A DNA stretch of 64,000 bases from Reclinomonas americana ATCC 50394 (lineage: Eukaryota), in contig PS015061.1 in assembly GCA_048213135.1 (NCBI GenBank), positions 302,628-366,627 of the forward strand. Direction: 5' to 3'. The notes under the pieces are model-generated. The model saw nothing but the letters and a program-made list of their open reading frames with translations. It was not told the DNA's origin and did not search any database. A program made the translations under genes and the position numbers. Each line of letters starts with the position of its first letter. The stretch's first letter is position 1. Positions 1 to 18,511 of this stretch are shown in pieces.

Positions 1-226
1 CCCATGTCAACGACTTACTCGTTTGGCCTCGTTTCGTTGACTGCGAGTTCATTTTCGGTGTGCGCAAATAGTTTTCCCGCGGTGATGCGAACGAATATGC
101 AGTGCGGGAGAGTGGAGGGGAGTGGGTGTGTGAGGTGAGTGCGTGGCGTGCGTGGTGTGTTTCAGTGCATGTGGGGGGTGGCGAGGTCAACGCTCCCATG
201 CCTAGACAACTCTATCGTTACCGTCA

Positions 227-307
227 GCGACTTTGGCCGAGTGGTTAAGGCGGCGCCCTGCTAAGGCGTTGTGGAAACACGCGAAGGTTCGAATCCTTCA
301 GGTCGCG
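227..307 (+). tRNA. tRNA-Ser(GCT), intronless, long variable arm
   Basis: Cloverleaf folded by eye: acceptor GCGACTT(227-233)/AGGTCGC(300-306), D arm GCC-GAGTGGTTAA-GGC, anticodon stem GCGCC/GGCGT with loop CT-GCT-AA (anticodon 260-262), variable arm GTG-GAAA-CAC, T arm GAAGG-TTCGAAT-CCTTC, discriminator G307, followed by a T-run (Pol III terminator). Confidence 0.96.
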
Positions 308-520
308 ATCATTTTTGCTTTTTTTCTTTTCGTTTTTTCCTCCACTCACACGCACCTCTCTCTCTTTCTCTTCCTACCTTCTCCTTCCACCAACAAGAAA
401 AAGAAAAAGAAAAGACGCCACTATCAATTTCCGCAATTTTTCCTCTTCATTTTTTACTGCAGTCGACGGCTGCCAGCAAGTGCGCACTCGGTCCTTCCCA
501 TCCCTCTCTCCCTCTCGCTC

Positions 521-950
521 TCACAAGTACAGGCCCTCTGGCACACCCTCCGACTTCTTGTACAGAATCTTCTCCTTGGCCTTGCGCAGGTCCGACTGTT
601 GCACCTTCATACGACGGTCGCGCAGCGCCAGCAGACCGGCTTCGGTGCAGAGCGCCTTGATGTCGGCACCGCTCAGCTCGTCCTTGGCCAGAATGAACTC
701 GTCGAGGTTGACGTCCTCGGCCAGCGTCATGCGGCGCGTGTGGATCTCAAAGATGCGGCGCTTCGTCTTCAGGTCGGGCAGCGGGAACTCGATCTTGCGA
801 TCGATACGACCCGGGCGCAGCAGCGCCGGATCCAGGCTCTCAATGCGGTTCGTGGCCATCAACACCTGTGTGGTGAAGGGTGAGAGGCGAAGGAGGGCGT
901 CTTATCTTTTCAACACCTCCCTTCTCATTCTCGTAGTCTATCTTCTCTTC

Positions 951-1047
<97 letters not shown>

Positions 1048-1377
1048 NNNNNNNNNNNNNNNNNNNNNNNNNNNNNNNNNNNNNNNNNNNNNNNNNNNNN
1101 NNNNNNNNNNNNNNNNNNNNNNNNNNNNNNNNNNNNNNNNNNNNNNNNNNNNNNNNNNNNNNNNNNNNNNNNNNNNNNNNNNNNNNNNNNNNNNNNNNNN
1201 NNNNNNNNNNNNNNNNNNNNNNNNNNNNNNNNNNNNNNNNNNNNNNNNNNNNNNNNNNNNNNNNNNNNNNNNNNNNNNNNNNNNNNNNNNNNNNNNNNNN
1301 NNNNNNNNNNNNNNNNNNNNNNNNNNNNNNNNNNNNNNNNNNNNNNNNNNNNNNNNNNNNNNNNCTGTCTTCTCTCT

Positions 1378-1452
<75 letters not shown>

Positions 1453-1457
1453 CTCTC

Positions 1458-1496
<39 letters not shown>

Positions 1497-1502
1497 GTCT
1501 GA

Positions 1503-1536
<34 letters not shown>

Positions 1537-2981
1537 GTCTGTCTGTCTGTCTGTCTCTCTCTGTCTGTCTCCCTTCTTTTTCTCTTCTCCCTCTCCCTTT
1601 CCCTTTCCCTCCTTTCCCTCCCCACAAACCTTGACTTCACCCTGCGCGTCAAAGCCGTCCAACTGGTTGAGCAACTCAAGCATGGTACGCTGAATTTCAC
1701 GCTCGCCACCCGAGTGGGCGTCGTAGCGCTTCGTGCCGACGGCGTCAATCTCGTCGATGAACACAATCGAGGGCGCCAGCTCTTCGGCCACGCGGAACAG
1801 CTCGCGCACAAGCTTGGGGCCTTCGCCGAGGTACTTTTGAATGAGTTCGGAGCCGACCACACGCAAAAACGTCGCCGACGTGTGGTGAGCGACAGCGCGC
1901 GCCAGCAGCGTCTTGCCAGTGCCGGGCTCGCCGTACAGAATCACACCCTTCGGCGGCTTGATGCCGATCTCGTCGTACAGCTCGGGATGCGTGAGCGGGA
2001 ACTCGACGGCCTCCTGCAGCGGTAAACGGAGCGTGAGGACCACACTGACATAAAAAAGGAGGTGGGGGTTATCATATCACGAACCTTGATCTCCTGCACC
2101 TGCTGCTCCAGTCCGCCGACATCGGCGTACGACTCGGTCGGTGCCTTGTCGACCTTCATGACGTCCACCATGGGGTCCGAGTCATCCTGCAGAATGCCGA
2201 CCACAGCGTGCGACTTGTTGTGCAACAGCACCGAGCAACCCGGTTGCAGCAAGTCGCGATCCACAAACGACAGAATGCTGACGTAGTACTCGGGACCCAC
2301 CGCCGAGGACACTGTGGGAAGGGGTGAGAGTGAGCGAAGGAAGGCAGGCGAAGACACACGCTGGACGAGACGCACCAATGCCGTGGCCCTCGTCGATAAT
2401 CTCCTCGAGCGTGCCCACATTCATCGGCGTGCCACGAATCTCGTCGACCTGCACTCGCTCCTCCTCGTTCTTCTCCTCTTGCGGCTTCAGCGTCTCCTGG
2501 TTGGTGATGAACGCCTGTTGCATGACGACAACGATGGTCAGTGATTGTTGAGACAACCTGCATGCCGCCAGTGCAGTCGCTCACCTCCTCCATCAGCAAG
2601 TAGTCCTGAATGCGCTCCAGTCGAAGTAGACGCAGCTTGCACTTGACGCCGGGTGTCACTGTACGTGTGGCGCAGGTAAGCAAATGATGAACGTGCATTG
2701 TTCTTGGCGCGGCAAGGCACTCACCGTCAGGCAGCTTGTTGGAGGCCTGAGGCCCGCGGCGCACCTTCTTGCGGCCCACATGCAGTGGCGGCGGTCGGCT
2801 CTCCTTCTACTCTCGTATACGCACACGCAAACAAACGAGTCAGAGAGACAGACAGCACAACTAGAAATGAACATTTTTCATCGTTGTTACCTTCTTGTCT
2901 TCCTTGTCCTTCTTGTCGTCCTTCTTCTCGCCCTGTCCACTGTTGTGATGGTGAGAGCGCGTGAGTGCGTGGGAACGACAT
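521..2981 (-). CDS. PSMC1: 26S proteasome regulatory AAA-ATPase subunit RPT2 (S4), spliced, about 7 introns
   Basis: Exons join via GT-AG introns to give ...[20 protein letters not shown]..., [16 protein letters not shown] (Walker A), [11 protein letters not shown] (Walker B), [16 protein letters not shown] and the C-terminal PEGLYL*. The first 5-nt exon (ATGTC) is less certain. Confidence 0.95.
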
Positions 2982-3388
2982 GTTTTGATCCAACTTGAAG
3001 TGCGTGCGTGCGTGTGTGTGTGAGCAAAGTGTGCACTCTCTCCTCTCTCTCTCGCTCACTCTCGTTCTCCACGGTGGGCGTCACACGCACGACAGTCGGC
3101 ACAGTGCGAAGTGAATGCGTGTGTGAGCTCACGAGGGCGGGGGCAGTGTGGATGGCGCGCCAAAAGAGATGGCCAACATCACAATTCCTTTTTCTTCTTC
3201 TTCTTCTCTCGGTGGCCAAGAGAGACGCAACGGAGGAAGGCGACCGCCAGCTCCCGGAGCACCGGGGAATCCTTGCGCGTTGCCCATTTGAAACGAGTTG
3301 TCCTTGAGACGTGGGACATGCAACAGCGAGCGATCGACGTTCGCGAAAAATTGCTTATACTATGCTGCATCGCCAAAGCTACGTATTC

Positions 3389-4853
3389 TCACATGTATGG
3401 CCCCATATTCATAAAGGAACTTTGGAAGGGACCATCGGGTGTGGCCAGCACAGTGTCGGCCATGATGCTTGGCAAAATGGAGTCACTGAGCGCCTTGGTT
3501 GGGCTCAGTCGCGGCAGCTGTCCCGGCGATGCCTGTATGTGCGAGTGTGAGTGAGAGGGTGCCGTATTCGCGCACAGCAATGCGCCAATCACTGACCGAC
3601 AAGGTCGACGTTACGGGTGGATTCTCGGCACCCGACATCGACGACGACGACGACATTGGTGGTGGGGCGGCATCAAAGTTCTGCAGTGTGCGCTGAATGC
3701 GCGAGATCAGGTCGGTTGCCCCGGTGCTGCTGGCCATCGGCATCACGGACGAGCTGCCGATCTGTGGTGATACTGGTCGACCGAGAGTTGGTGGTTGCAT
3801 CTGCTGTTGTTGCTGCTGTTGTTGCTGTTGTTGTTGCTGTTGTTGTTGTTGCTGCTGCTGTTGCTGTGACATGGGTGGCTGCGTGTGCGGTTAGACGGGC
3901 GACAAACAAGAGTCGAGAAGAAAAAGAGGACGAGAAGCACGACTCAACTTGATGCGGTGGCGATCGGAAACGCTGACGAACAGGCGACGGGAAACGCGGT
4001 GGTCTCATGGGTCCCGCACCGAAACCAAAACCACTCCCAGCAAACGAGTTCTGAACACACACATCGCGAGAGAATCAGCCAAAGGAGAAAAACCATGGTC
4101 AGCAACAATTACAGCTCACCACTGGCGCTGCCTGCTGCTGCTGCGGTGGCATCTGGAAACGCTGCGCACCCACTCCACCACCCACCGCCGCGGCCATTCC
4201 CGGTAATGAAGAGGGTGGCATGGCAGAGGCAGACGACGACGAGAGACCACCACCAGCAAACTGCGACGAATAATACGGAGAATAATATCCGGACGCCGCC
4301 GCCTGCTGCGACATGCTGGCCGCGGCCGCTGCTGCAGCGGAGGAGGACGACGATTGTTGCGCAGAGCTCGCTCCCGACTGATTGGTGAGATGATTCAACA
4401 GCGCGTCCAGTCGCCCACACAGCGCATTGTTCTCGTGTCGTGTTCGCTCTTGAAATTCTTGCTGCGCCTGTGCGTGTGTGCGTGTGTGGAGCCCGGCATG
4501 AGCAACACGTGCACAGACACACGCACACACCACAGCTCAACCGCAACTTGCGTTTGGATTGCCAGATGCTGCACAGCGGTCTCCAGCGACTGTCGCAACG
4601 CGCCCACCTCCCGCGACATATCACTCACGCGCGACTCCAGATGCGCGATGCGAGCCTCGTGCAGTGACTAACGCGCAAGACAAGGAGTGAGTGCGTGGTG
4701 TACACTCGCTGTCTCACTCTCTCTCTCTGCGTCGCACACACGCACCGACATGGACGATGAAGACGACGATCCGAACCCAAACGCCGACGACACTCCACTG
4801 CCACCCAAATAGCCGCTGCTGCTCAGCTTGCTTGAGCGCCACCGATCGTCCAT
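3389..4853 (-). CDS. Hypothetical spliced protein with short coiled coil and poly-Q tract
   Basis: Exons MDDRWRSSK..., RIAHLESRVSDMSREVGALRQSLE, AQQEFQERTRHENNALCGRLDALL, poly-Q and ...MNMGPYM* can be joined by GT-AG introns; no family recognised. Confidence 0.6.
3802..3867 (-). repeat. Mixed CAG/CAA trinucleotide tract encoding poly-Gln
   Basis: (tgc/tgt)n run on + strand within ORF 3483..3872. Confidence 0.85.
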
Positions 4854-4859
4854 GATGAG

Positions 4860-4891
<32 letters not shown>

Positions 4892-5214
4892 AGGCAAGGC
4901 ACGCGTCCTCTCGATTTCAGAAAAAAACAAAATGGATGCCCGTATTTGCCGATATGCAACGGTAAGTTGCGGAGAGTCGTGTCATTTTCTCGATTGCGGC
5001 GCGCACACGCACCTGTCACTCTGCGCACGGGTGTGCTGCGTGCATCCACCTCGCCTCTGCACACGCGCGCGTCTGCCTTGCGTGCTCACATTGCCCGGCG
5101 GACCGGCAGGGAAGTAACTGCCGTTTCTGTAACGCGAACGACGAGAGAAGGCAACCACAACAACAAAACTGCGAACAATCATCGCGAGTGTGAGTGTGTG
5201 AGTGAGCGAGGCAT

Positions 5215-8200
5215 ATGGAGTCACCGCCACGCGGACGGCGGTCCATGCTGCTGCCTGAGATCGCCATGGCAGTTGCGTTGGAGAGGCGTGCTGGACAAGT
5301 CGTTGTCTCTGCACTCGCTCACACACACGCGTGTGTGCACACAGATGCTCTCGCGTGCACCACCGCCGCCCACGGTGTCGCAATCAGCGCCTGCATCGCC
5401 GCGTGAGACGCGTCGGCGACTGCACACGGCAGCCGCAGGAGCGCAGCGGCGACAGCGATCGGCCGCCGACGACATTGATCTTATCGAGGTGCTCAACCGC
5501 ACTCGTGCACGATCGTACAGTGTCGTGCCTGGCGATCTGCCATTGATGGCGACTGGGAGTGCTGCTGCAGCCACTGCTGCTGCTGTGGCTGCTGGTCTTG
5601 GTGCTGCGCGCGGTAGCCGGGTGGGTGCCGAGAGTGCTGGTTACGGGCGCTGTAGAACCGCCAGTGTCGCCTTTCGCAATCGCAGCAAATCACGACATTA
5701 TTCAACAATGCTTGCCCCTTACGGGTGGTTCCCCCGGCCCACGGGCGAGGAGGAGTTCAATCGGGAGGTGGGGCGTCTGTTGCGCGATGCCGACGAGTGC
5801 GATCACATGTGGGAAACGCTGCCGAAAACCAAGCACGTGACACGACGTGCGTTCAATTATTTTCGATTTCAGGTGCGTGTTCGGTCGTCCCTCACGTGTG
5901 GCACACTGCCGGCAGCTGTCCCATTCGAGAACGAGCTGACGGAACAAAAGAAGCCACCGAAGACGAAACGGGCGCGTCTGCGCGTGGAGGAGAAGCTGGC
6001 CATTATCCGCACGTTGCCGAACGAACGCGAAAACCTCGTGTTGCGGACGGATGAGTATATAAGAGAGCGGAGGGAACGGACAACTGTCATTCGTATGGTC
6101 GACGGCAACGACATTGTGACGCTGAATCGCGACCGAGCCGGCCAGTGGACGCGTCCCAACCTGGAGAAGGAGATCGGGGAGCGAGTTGCGTGCCTGCCAG
6201 TAGTGTTCAGTCGTGATCCGTCGAAAACTGACACACGTGCAGGCTTCGGTGGAGGCGGCGCACATCCACGAGGTCTTTGAGCGGCACGACCACGTGCTGC
6301 AGGAGATGAATCGGTATCAAGTGGAGCTGCTCCAGCAGACCGAGTTCAAGCTCGAACAGGTAACATGCATGTCCGCCGTGTACGCAGTCTCTGACAGCAT
6401 CTTTTATTGATGGAGTCTCTCACCACCGTCACTGTCAACAGGCAGAAAAGTATCGTGATCAGGTACGACAGTTGCCGGCGGTGCGGAAACTGCAAATGTA
6501 CTGGCTGTTCTTCTCGGCATTTGTCAGTCGTGTGTCGCACTGGAGGTCGGTGCTGAAGGTGTGTGTGTGTGTACTGCTTTGGTATTCATTCCCCCTTTCG
6601 CTGCCCTCTCACCGCGTAACCTCTGTCGCACAGCGCCACCGCCGCTTCTCGCAGCGGGACCGTGCCTTGGCGACCGTGCAGAGGCTGTTGGTGCCTCTGT
6701 GGCGCCTCTACATCACCAAGAAGAAGCGAAAAGCTCTGGCAGCGATCCTGGACCGCTCCTCGCTGCTGCTTGCCGTTGGTCGTCGCATCAACCAGAAAAG
6801 ACGCGCAGTGCCAATAGTCAGTGCTTGTGTGTTATCGTGATCCCACCACCGTGCGCAAACACTTACCGAGTGTGCACAGATTATCGACGTGCTGCAGACC
6901 ACGGCAGAGTTTTCGACGTTCAAGTGCAAGATGAAGCTCATTCGCTACAGAGGTTTGTCCAGCAGCAGCAACATCAGCTGTAGCATGTTGTTCCAACTCC
7001 TCTTTACGTGCGTGCAGTTCTCCGCGCGCAGCGCCACGTGGTCAACTATGTGCAGTGTACCCGTGCGCGCTTCCAGCTGTTGATGTTGCAGTGGGAGCGA
7101 TTCTTCGAGAAGAATGTCGGCTGGTTGGGCTCTGCGAGTTCGTCTTCGGCAGGTGCGATGATGCACACTGCCGGCAGTGACGACTTTTCCACCACCTTTA
7201 TCACCGCCAGCGGTGGAACGGATCGGTGCGTATTCGTTTTGCTGATCTTTCCAAGAGCGATTGCTCATCATTCGTGCACGCACGCAGAGCAATGTCTGCC
7301 AACGAGAATGGAGGAGGGGGAGCTAATTACACTTTCCTGATCAAGTTCATGGATCCACTGGGCTCCGACGTGCAGGCGCACGTCTACGAGTACCTGAAGG
7401 CCACGCAGGAGGAGTACCTCGATCAGCTGAACACGTTCCCGCAGCAACTGAAGCAGTTCGACGCCTACTTTCAGCGTCGTGTTGCCGAAGAGTGGATGCG
7501 AAGTTCGCACCTGGCCAGCGTCGCCAACACCAGCAAGGGCAGCAAGAAGAAGCCGGATCGCATCACCGCCAATACCGTGCCGCCGTACATGCAGGCTGTC
7601 ATTCGCCAGCTCGAGCTCGAACGACCAGTGGCACGACGTTGCGTGCACAGAACAACCGCCGCGCTGACTTGTTGTCGCACTTTTGCATCCGCTCACACTT
7701 TCTTTCCGTTGTCGTCTTGAGCAGCACGTCGCAATCTCCTGCGACGAACCGAGCTGCGCGAGGTGTTTCTCATGGAACTGGCACGGGCATTCCTGCGCTG
7801 CAGCGCTCAGGTTTGCTCAGTTCGCTCCGTTCCCCATGGCAATCCCATGGCCACTTAACGTGCACACGCAGGCCTCCATCGGTGTCGACGTGTTGATTCG
7901 GAGATTCTTCGGGTCGCGGACCGACGAGTGCGCCGACATGATCACCAGGTTTGACTGCGCTGCGCTGCTCCATTTATACGATGGCCGTAGCATTGCGGCT
8001 GACACTGCAGATTAATTAACACAGGTTTGCGGATCCGCGTGTCTTGCGCTACCGCACGAATGGTCGCCCCGCCCGCAAGTTCCGTCCGCCCTTCAGCAAC
8101 AGTTCGCAGGTGGCAGAAGCGCCGAAGAAGAAGGTGTTCTGGCGACGGCAGAGTGTCGCGCACAATTTTGTGGCCGTCGAAACGTCGGCGTATGCCAAGC

Positions 8201-8760
8201 TCGGCCGCCGTCGATCGGTGACTGCTTCCCTGGCGGCAGTGGTTGAGCGGCAACCGTCGCTGGCGTCGCTCACCATGGTGAGGAACGGCTCAGTGGGTCG
8301 CGCACTCGCCCTGGCCACAGGACAGCCGGAGCCAGCTGGCGAAAGGAGGCCGTCGACGACAGCGGAGAGTGGCTCCGGGTGGAGCATAGCCTCGCCGACT
8401 TCCAGTCAGCATGGCCGACGGACCTCACTCAGCGGCACCACCACGCCCTCGATGCCGGCCTCGGCGCTCCGATCGCCGAGTCAATTGCTGAACCGAAGGT
8501 CGTCGCTGTCGGTGAGCTTGGCATCACCCACACGCACTGGATCCACCACTCGATTGCCGGGGCGCAGAGTGTCGATGGCTCCCGATGCGTCCGGCGAGAA
8601 GCGAATGTCGAGGGCGCCTGGCTTGCCGCTGGCTCCCACTGGGGCCGAGAAGCGAGCCTCCACGGCGCCAGCACCTGCAGATGCAGCACCAGGGAGGAGT
8701 AACTCTCTGGCGCCTGCTGTTGCACAAAACAGCAGGAGAGTAAGTCGCACGACGCGATAA
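5215..8760 (+). CDS. Hypothetical multi-exon protein with Ser/Arg/Pro-rich C-terminus
   Basis: Long coding-like segments (MESPPRGRR..., EEEFNREVGRLLRDADECDHMWETLP..., FLIKFMDPLGSDVQAHVYEYLK..., ORF 8044..8760) linked by short GT-AG introns; no family recognised. Confidence 0.6.
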
Positions 8761-8868
8761 GCAAAAAGAATTCATAATGAAAACAAAAAAAAACATGGGA
8801 GATGATCGCCATCCGAGTAAACAAACAGCCAACCACATAATTCATTACTACAACATACAAATAGAAAC

Positions 8869-10660
8869 TTAGAACGGGATCTCCCCGGTCCACGAGGCCG
8901 CACGCGAGTAGGGAGGAAGCGACCCGTATTCGCCATCACTCCCGTACCCCGCGTACGCGCCATTGGCACCACCCGACATGTCGTAGGCACCTCGGCCAGT
9001 GCCCATCTCGGAGGTTGTCACCGACGACGCCACACTCCGCTCCGCCCAATGCATCGACAGGCGCGATTGCATCTGCAGCGCGGCCACCGCCACCGGCAAG
9101 TACGGCATAACAAAGCCGTTTTCCTCGCCGTCGCCACCGTATCCATCGTCATACCCGTATGCGAACGCATACGCGGCACCTTGACCGCCCATCGGCATAA
9201 CATCGTCGCCGTCGGCAGGTGCAGCCAGGTGCTGGTATCGCACAGCGCGGTTGCTGATCGGTTCGCGCACATACGGAGACGCCAGTCGTGCCGTCTGGTA
9301 CGACCACACCTCCTCAAACGACATTTGTTGCTCATCACCGCCTGCCGCCTTGGTCGGCGACAGCGGCATGTCGACGGTGGTCACCGCCGCCACCGCCGCC
9401 GCTGCTGCTGCTGGAGCAATCGCCTTTGATGGTGCTGGACTGGCGGCGGACGCAGCCGCCGCCGCTGTATGCAAGCATTCCATCGAGCTTGAGGGCGTCA
9501 GCTGCACCGAGGTCGACGAGGAGCCCGTGTTGAACGAATCATCGCCATTGGTGCTGCCGACTGTGCCACTCGCTCCGAGCGTGACATGATCAACGGCAGC
9601 CACTGAGGCCGACGATGACCACGATGCCACAGTCTCCGCCGCACCCGCCGCCGCCGCCGCCGTTGCGACTGTAGGCGACAGCGGAGGAGGAGGAGCAGCC
9701 GCTGTGGACGACGGGCGTCGACTGAGCGACAGGAGCGCAGCGGCAGTTGGTTCACGCCTGTAATCGACAAATGGAGTCAGAGGGAGTGAATAGCCCGCAT
9801 TCCGAATCAAGCGAGTGCACAAGACACACGCACGAGACACACACAACCAAAAACAACGAAGCGACTGTGTTGGAGGAACAACCAACATCAAGGCACACGC
9901 ACACACAATACAGATACAAAAACAAGCAAATAAGACACATGAAATGCGGTGTTGAGACACGATAAGACACCGGAGAGAAAGACACACACACACACGCACA
10001 CAGTGGAGTCACATAAAAGACACATACACGTTGGTGTTGCGCGATACAGTCACGCGATGAGACACGCACAGCAGACACGACCAAATACAGCCAAGACACA
10101 CACACACACAAGAACGAAACTTGCGCTGTTGCGGCAGTGGCGACAGTGGAGCACCGGTCACACGCACAGACTGCGCAGGCGGAGGAGGAGGCGGAGGCGC
10201 CAGTTGCGCTGACGACTCCGCGACCATTCCAAACAGATCCGCTTGCCTTCTCCACTGCTGCGACTGTTCCTGTTGCACCACATGCGCCTGCTCATCATCG
10301 CCATCACTGTCAACCTCCGCCTGCTGCTGCTGCTGACGACGCAATCGTTGCCGCATCCATCGCGGCATTGGCGGAAGCACATGCGCTCTCTGTTGATGAT
10401 GATGATGAATGCGATGTTGTTGTGGCTGCAACTGATAGCACTCGTCCATGTTCATCATGTACAGCTGCTGCTGCGACGGCGAGGGCGATAGCTGTTGTGG
10501 TTGGCGAGGCAGCAGCTGCTTGTGCGTGGCCTCGGCGAGCATCGCAAAGGGGGATTCGTCAATGGAGCTGTGTGGCGAGGGAGCCACACGACCTCCTCCG
10601 TGTCCTCCGCCAGCAACCGGCGATGATAATGACGAGGAGGAGGCAGAGGAAGGCGCGTCG

Positions 10661-10706
<46 letters not shown>

Positions 10707-10791
10707 TTGTTGTGTGCGTCTGATGTCGGGCATCACTCCGTCGTCCGCGCGTTGTGTGTATCGCTTGTGTGCGCGACGATGAGCACCCCAT
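8869..10791 (-). CDS. Hypothetical low-complexity protein with MGCxxS N-terminus (possible myristoylation/palmitoylation)
   Basis: ORF 10009..10791 starts MGCSSS; ORF 8869..9999 is coding-like from about 9757 after a CAG acceptor; the CA-rich stretch between them looks like an intron. Confidence 0.5.
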
Positions 10792-11392
10792 CTCTCTCTC
10801 TCTCGTCTACTGAACACGAGGAGGTGTCGGTTTCCAAACGACGGGAGACGGAGAAGTGCGTGGCACGCGCGTGTGTTTTTGTTCGTGATTGATGAGACAC
10901 GAGACACACGAGAAATTTGGTGAAAGATTCCCCCTATCATAGGACTCCTTTTGGAGATCCGCATATAGAGGAGCTTCGACGAAAAGCGCTGGGAGGATTA
11001 AGTGATGAAGACTAAAGAGTACACAGCACGATACACGTTTTGTTTAGAGTCTATATTCATTTTTTTCGAGCTTGGCGACCGCGCGCACAACTCTCCGAAA
11101 GCGGTGTCGAACAACTAGACATCCGCACACACACACACACATACACAGAATATGCACTTTTCTTCCCCTCTCTCCCCTCTCTCTCTCTCCTCCATGAATT
11201 CGATAGTAAAACGTACAGCGCGAGAGAGGGTGCTGGTACCCACGAAACAAAAAAACACACAAAACCCCCCACACAAGTAGATGACATGTAAAGGGAAACA
11301 TAAAATGTAACACGCACACACACAAAAACAACAACAACAACAACAACAACAATGACAAATGATTACAAAAAGAAAGAAGCAAATAGCTGCCA

Positions 11393-16754
<5,362 letters not shown>

Positions 16755-17649
16755 TGTCACACGCAAGGGTGGGTGTGGGTGAGCTGACGAACTGCGGGCA
16801 CAACGGGGGAAAGAGAGGTTTTTCAGCTCCACACACGCGTGTTCACAGAGAGGCGCACGCGCACACACACGTACACGCGCACGCAGAGAATGTGTGATGA
16901 GAAAGAGAGAGAGCGCGCGCGTGTGTGTGAGAGAAGGGGTCGGTGGGGGTGTGGAGCACACACACATTCACACAAGTGAATTGACACTTGATATATGCCA
17001 CACAAACAGTGTGGCGAGAAAGTGTTGCACACTCACAAACGCACGCTCACGTGCACACACATGAGACAACACAGTGGAGGAGAAGAGTGCGCAGTGAGAA
17101 AGAGTGTGCGCTGACGTGTGCGTGTCAAGAGTGCGTGATGTGGTGTGGGGAAATGCGCTCACACAAACACAACGCCACACATTACAACATACCCCTGATC
17201 ACCAGTGCGTGTGCAGCGGCGACCACAACCGAGTGTTTCACACGTGTGCTGTGTGCTTGCGTCGCTTGCGCTCTGCGTGTGTGTGTGTGTGATGTGAATG
17301 TTGGCGGGAAGGCGGTTGATCCATCGGAAAAGATTCTCACATTCCGTATTTGCGGTAGTGCATGCACACCCTCCTGCTCACCAGAGAGAGAGAGCGGGAG
17401 TAGAGGCGCGGCTCGTGTGAGAGACAAGTGATGGCCGCCCACCAAAAGTCTCGTTTCTCCTTTTCTGATTGTGGAATATTCTGTGAACGATACTCTGTAT
17501 TCAACGCGAACGCTTCCGTGTGATTGCGACGCCGGCGCCGGTCGCAGCCAGTGATACCGCTGGCGGAAGAGGCAGAGGCTCGCTGGGCGGGGCTTAAAAA
17601 GAAGTCGGCCGCCACGAATGCACGATCGAACGCACACACACTTGCATCT

Positions 17650-18441
17650 TCACCGAGCACGCATGGCCTCGGCAAACGTCACTCGCCCGCGCACGCTGTG
17701 CGCATCATGCAGACACGTGTGCACACCGGCGGCAAACGCCCGCGACACCGCGCCCGGCACCGACACCGGCACCACTCTCGCCGTCGGGTGGCACACACGC
17801 GCCAACTCGGCCGCCGTCAGCAACTCGGGACCACCCACGTCTCTGCGACGCCCGCCTTCTCCTTCTCCATCGACAACACTCACCACCATGTCGGCCACCT
17901 CGCCGGCATCGACTGGCTGAAACACCCAGTCGCGCGGCACGAGCGCTAGTCGCCCTCCGAGCATCGCCGCCTGACTCACAACGCCACCCAGCCACTGATG
18001 GAACTGCGTGGCGCGCACCACGGTCGCCCGATCGGCCGGCCACGATGACGCGATCAGTTGCTCGCACCGATGCTTGGCCTGGTAGTAGCTGAATGGATGG
18101 CGGTCGCAGCCGACAATGGAGAGGTACACCAAGTGCGGAGAGGATGGGGAGGAAGACTGTTGCAAGGCACGCACTAGTTTTTCCGTCATGCCCACGTCGA
18201 GCGAGGCACCAAACGGCGCCGGCCGCGATGCGAGGTGCACCACAGTGTCGTAGTCGTGCGAATTGAGCGCGAGTGGTGTCGATGCAGAGGGCGACAGGTC
18301 GCCAAGGACGACAGATGCACCGCCGATGGGTGTGCGAGGGAGACGGGAGAGGAGGTGCACGTCGTGACCGCGCTGCAGCAGGCGAGGCACGAGGAAGCGA
18401 GCTCCGAAGAGGCCAGTGCCGCCGGTGATCAGTATGCGCAT
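17650..18441 (-). CDS. Intronless atypical SDR / NmrA-like NAD(P)-binding protein, bacterial-like
   Basis: 263-aa single-exon ORF: MRILITGGTGLFG Rossmann motif, VVHLAS, LVYLSIVG, YYQAKHRCEQ, VRATQFH, FQPVDAGEVA, DVGGPE. Confidence 0.88.
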   Translation of the reverse strand: MRILITGGTGLFGARFLVPRLLQRGHDVHLLSRLPRTPIGGASVVLGDLSPSASTPLALNSHDYDTVVHLASRPAPFGASLDVGMTEKLVRALQQSSSPSSPHLVYLSIVGCDRHPFSYYQAKHRCEQLIASSWPADRATVVRATQFHQWLGGVVSQAAMLGGRLALVPRDWVFQPVDAGEVADMVVSVVDGEGEGGRRRDVGGPELLTAAELARVCHPTARVVPVSVPGAVSRAFAAGVHTCLHDAHSVRGRVTFAEAMRAR

Positions 18442-18511
18442 GAGCGGAGGCGGAAGGACTGATCATCAAGGGGACGCGTCCTCTTCGTGGGTCTTGTTAC
18501 AGTTTACGTTA

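Noticed and set aside
1048-1364. Long ORFs spanning N runs (also near 22.7, 45.5, 49.1 and 56.0 kb) with SL/ER/TH dipeptide repeats
   Set aside because: Assembly gaps inside intronic microsatellites; the ORFs are artefacts of X translation.
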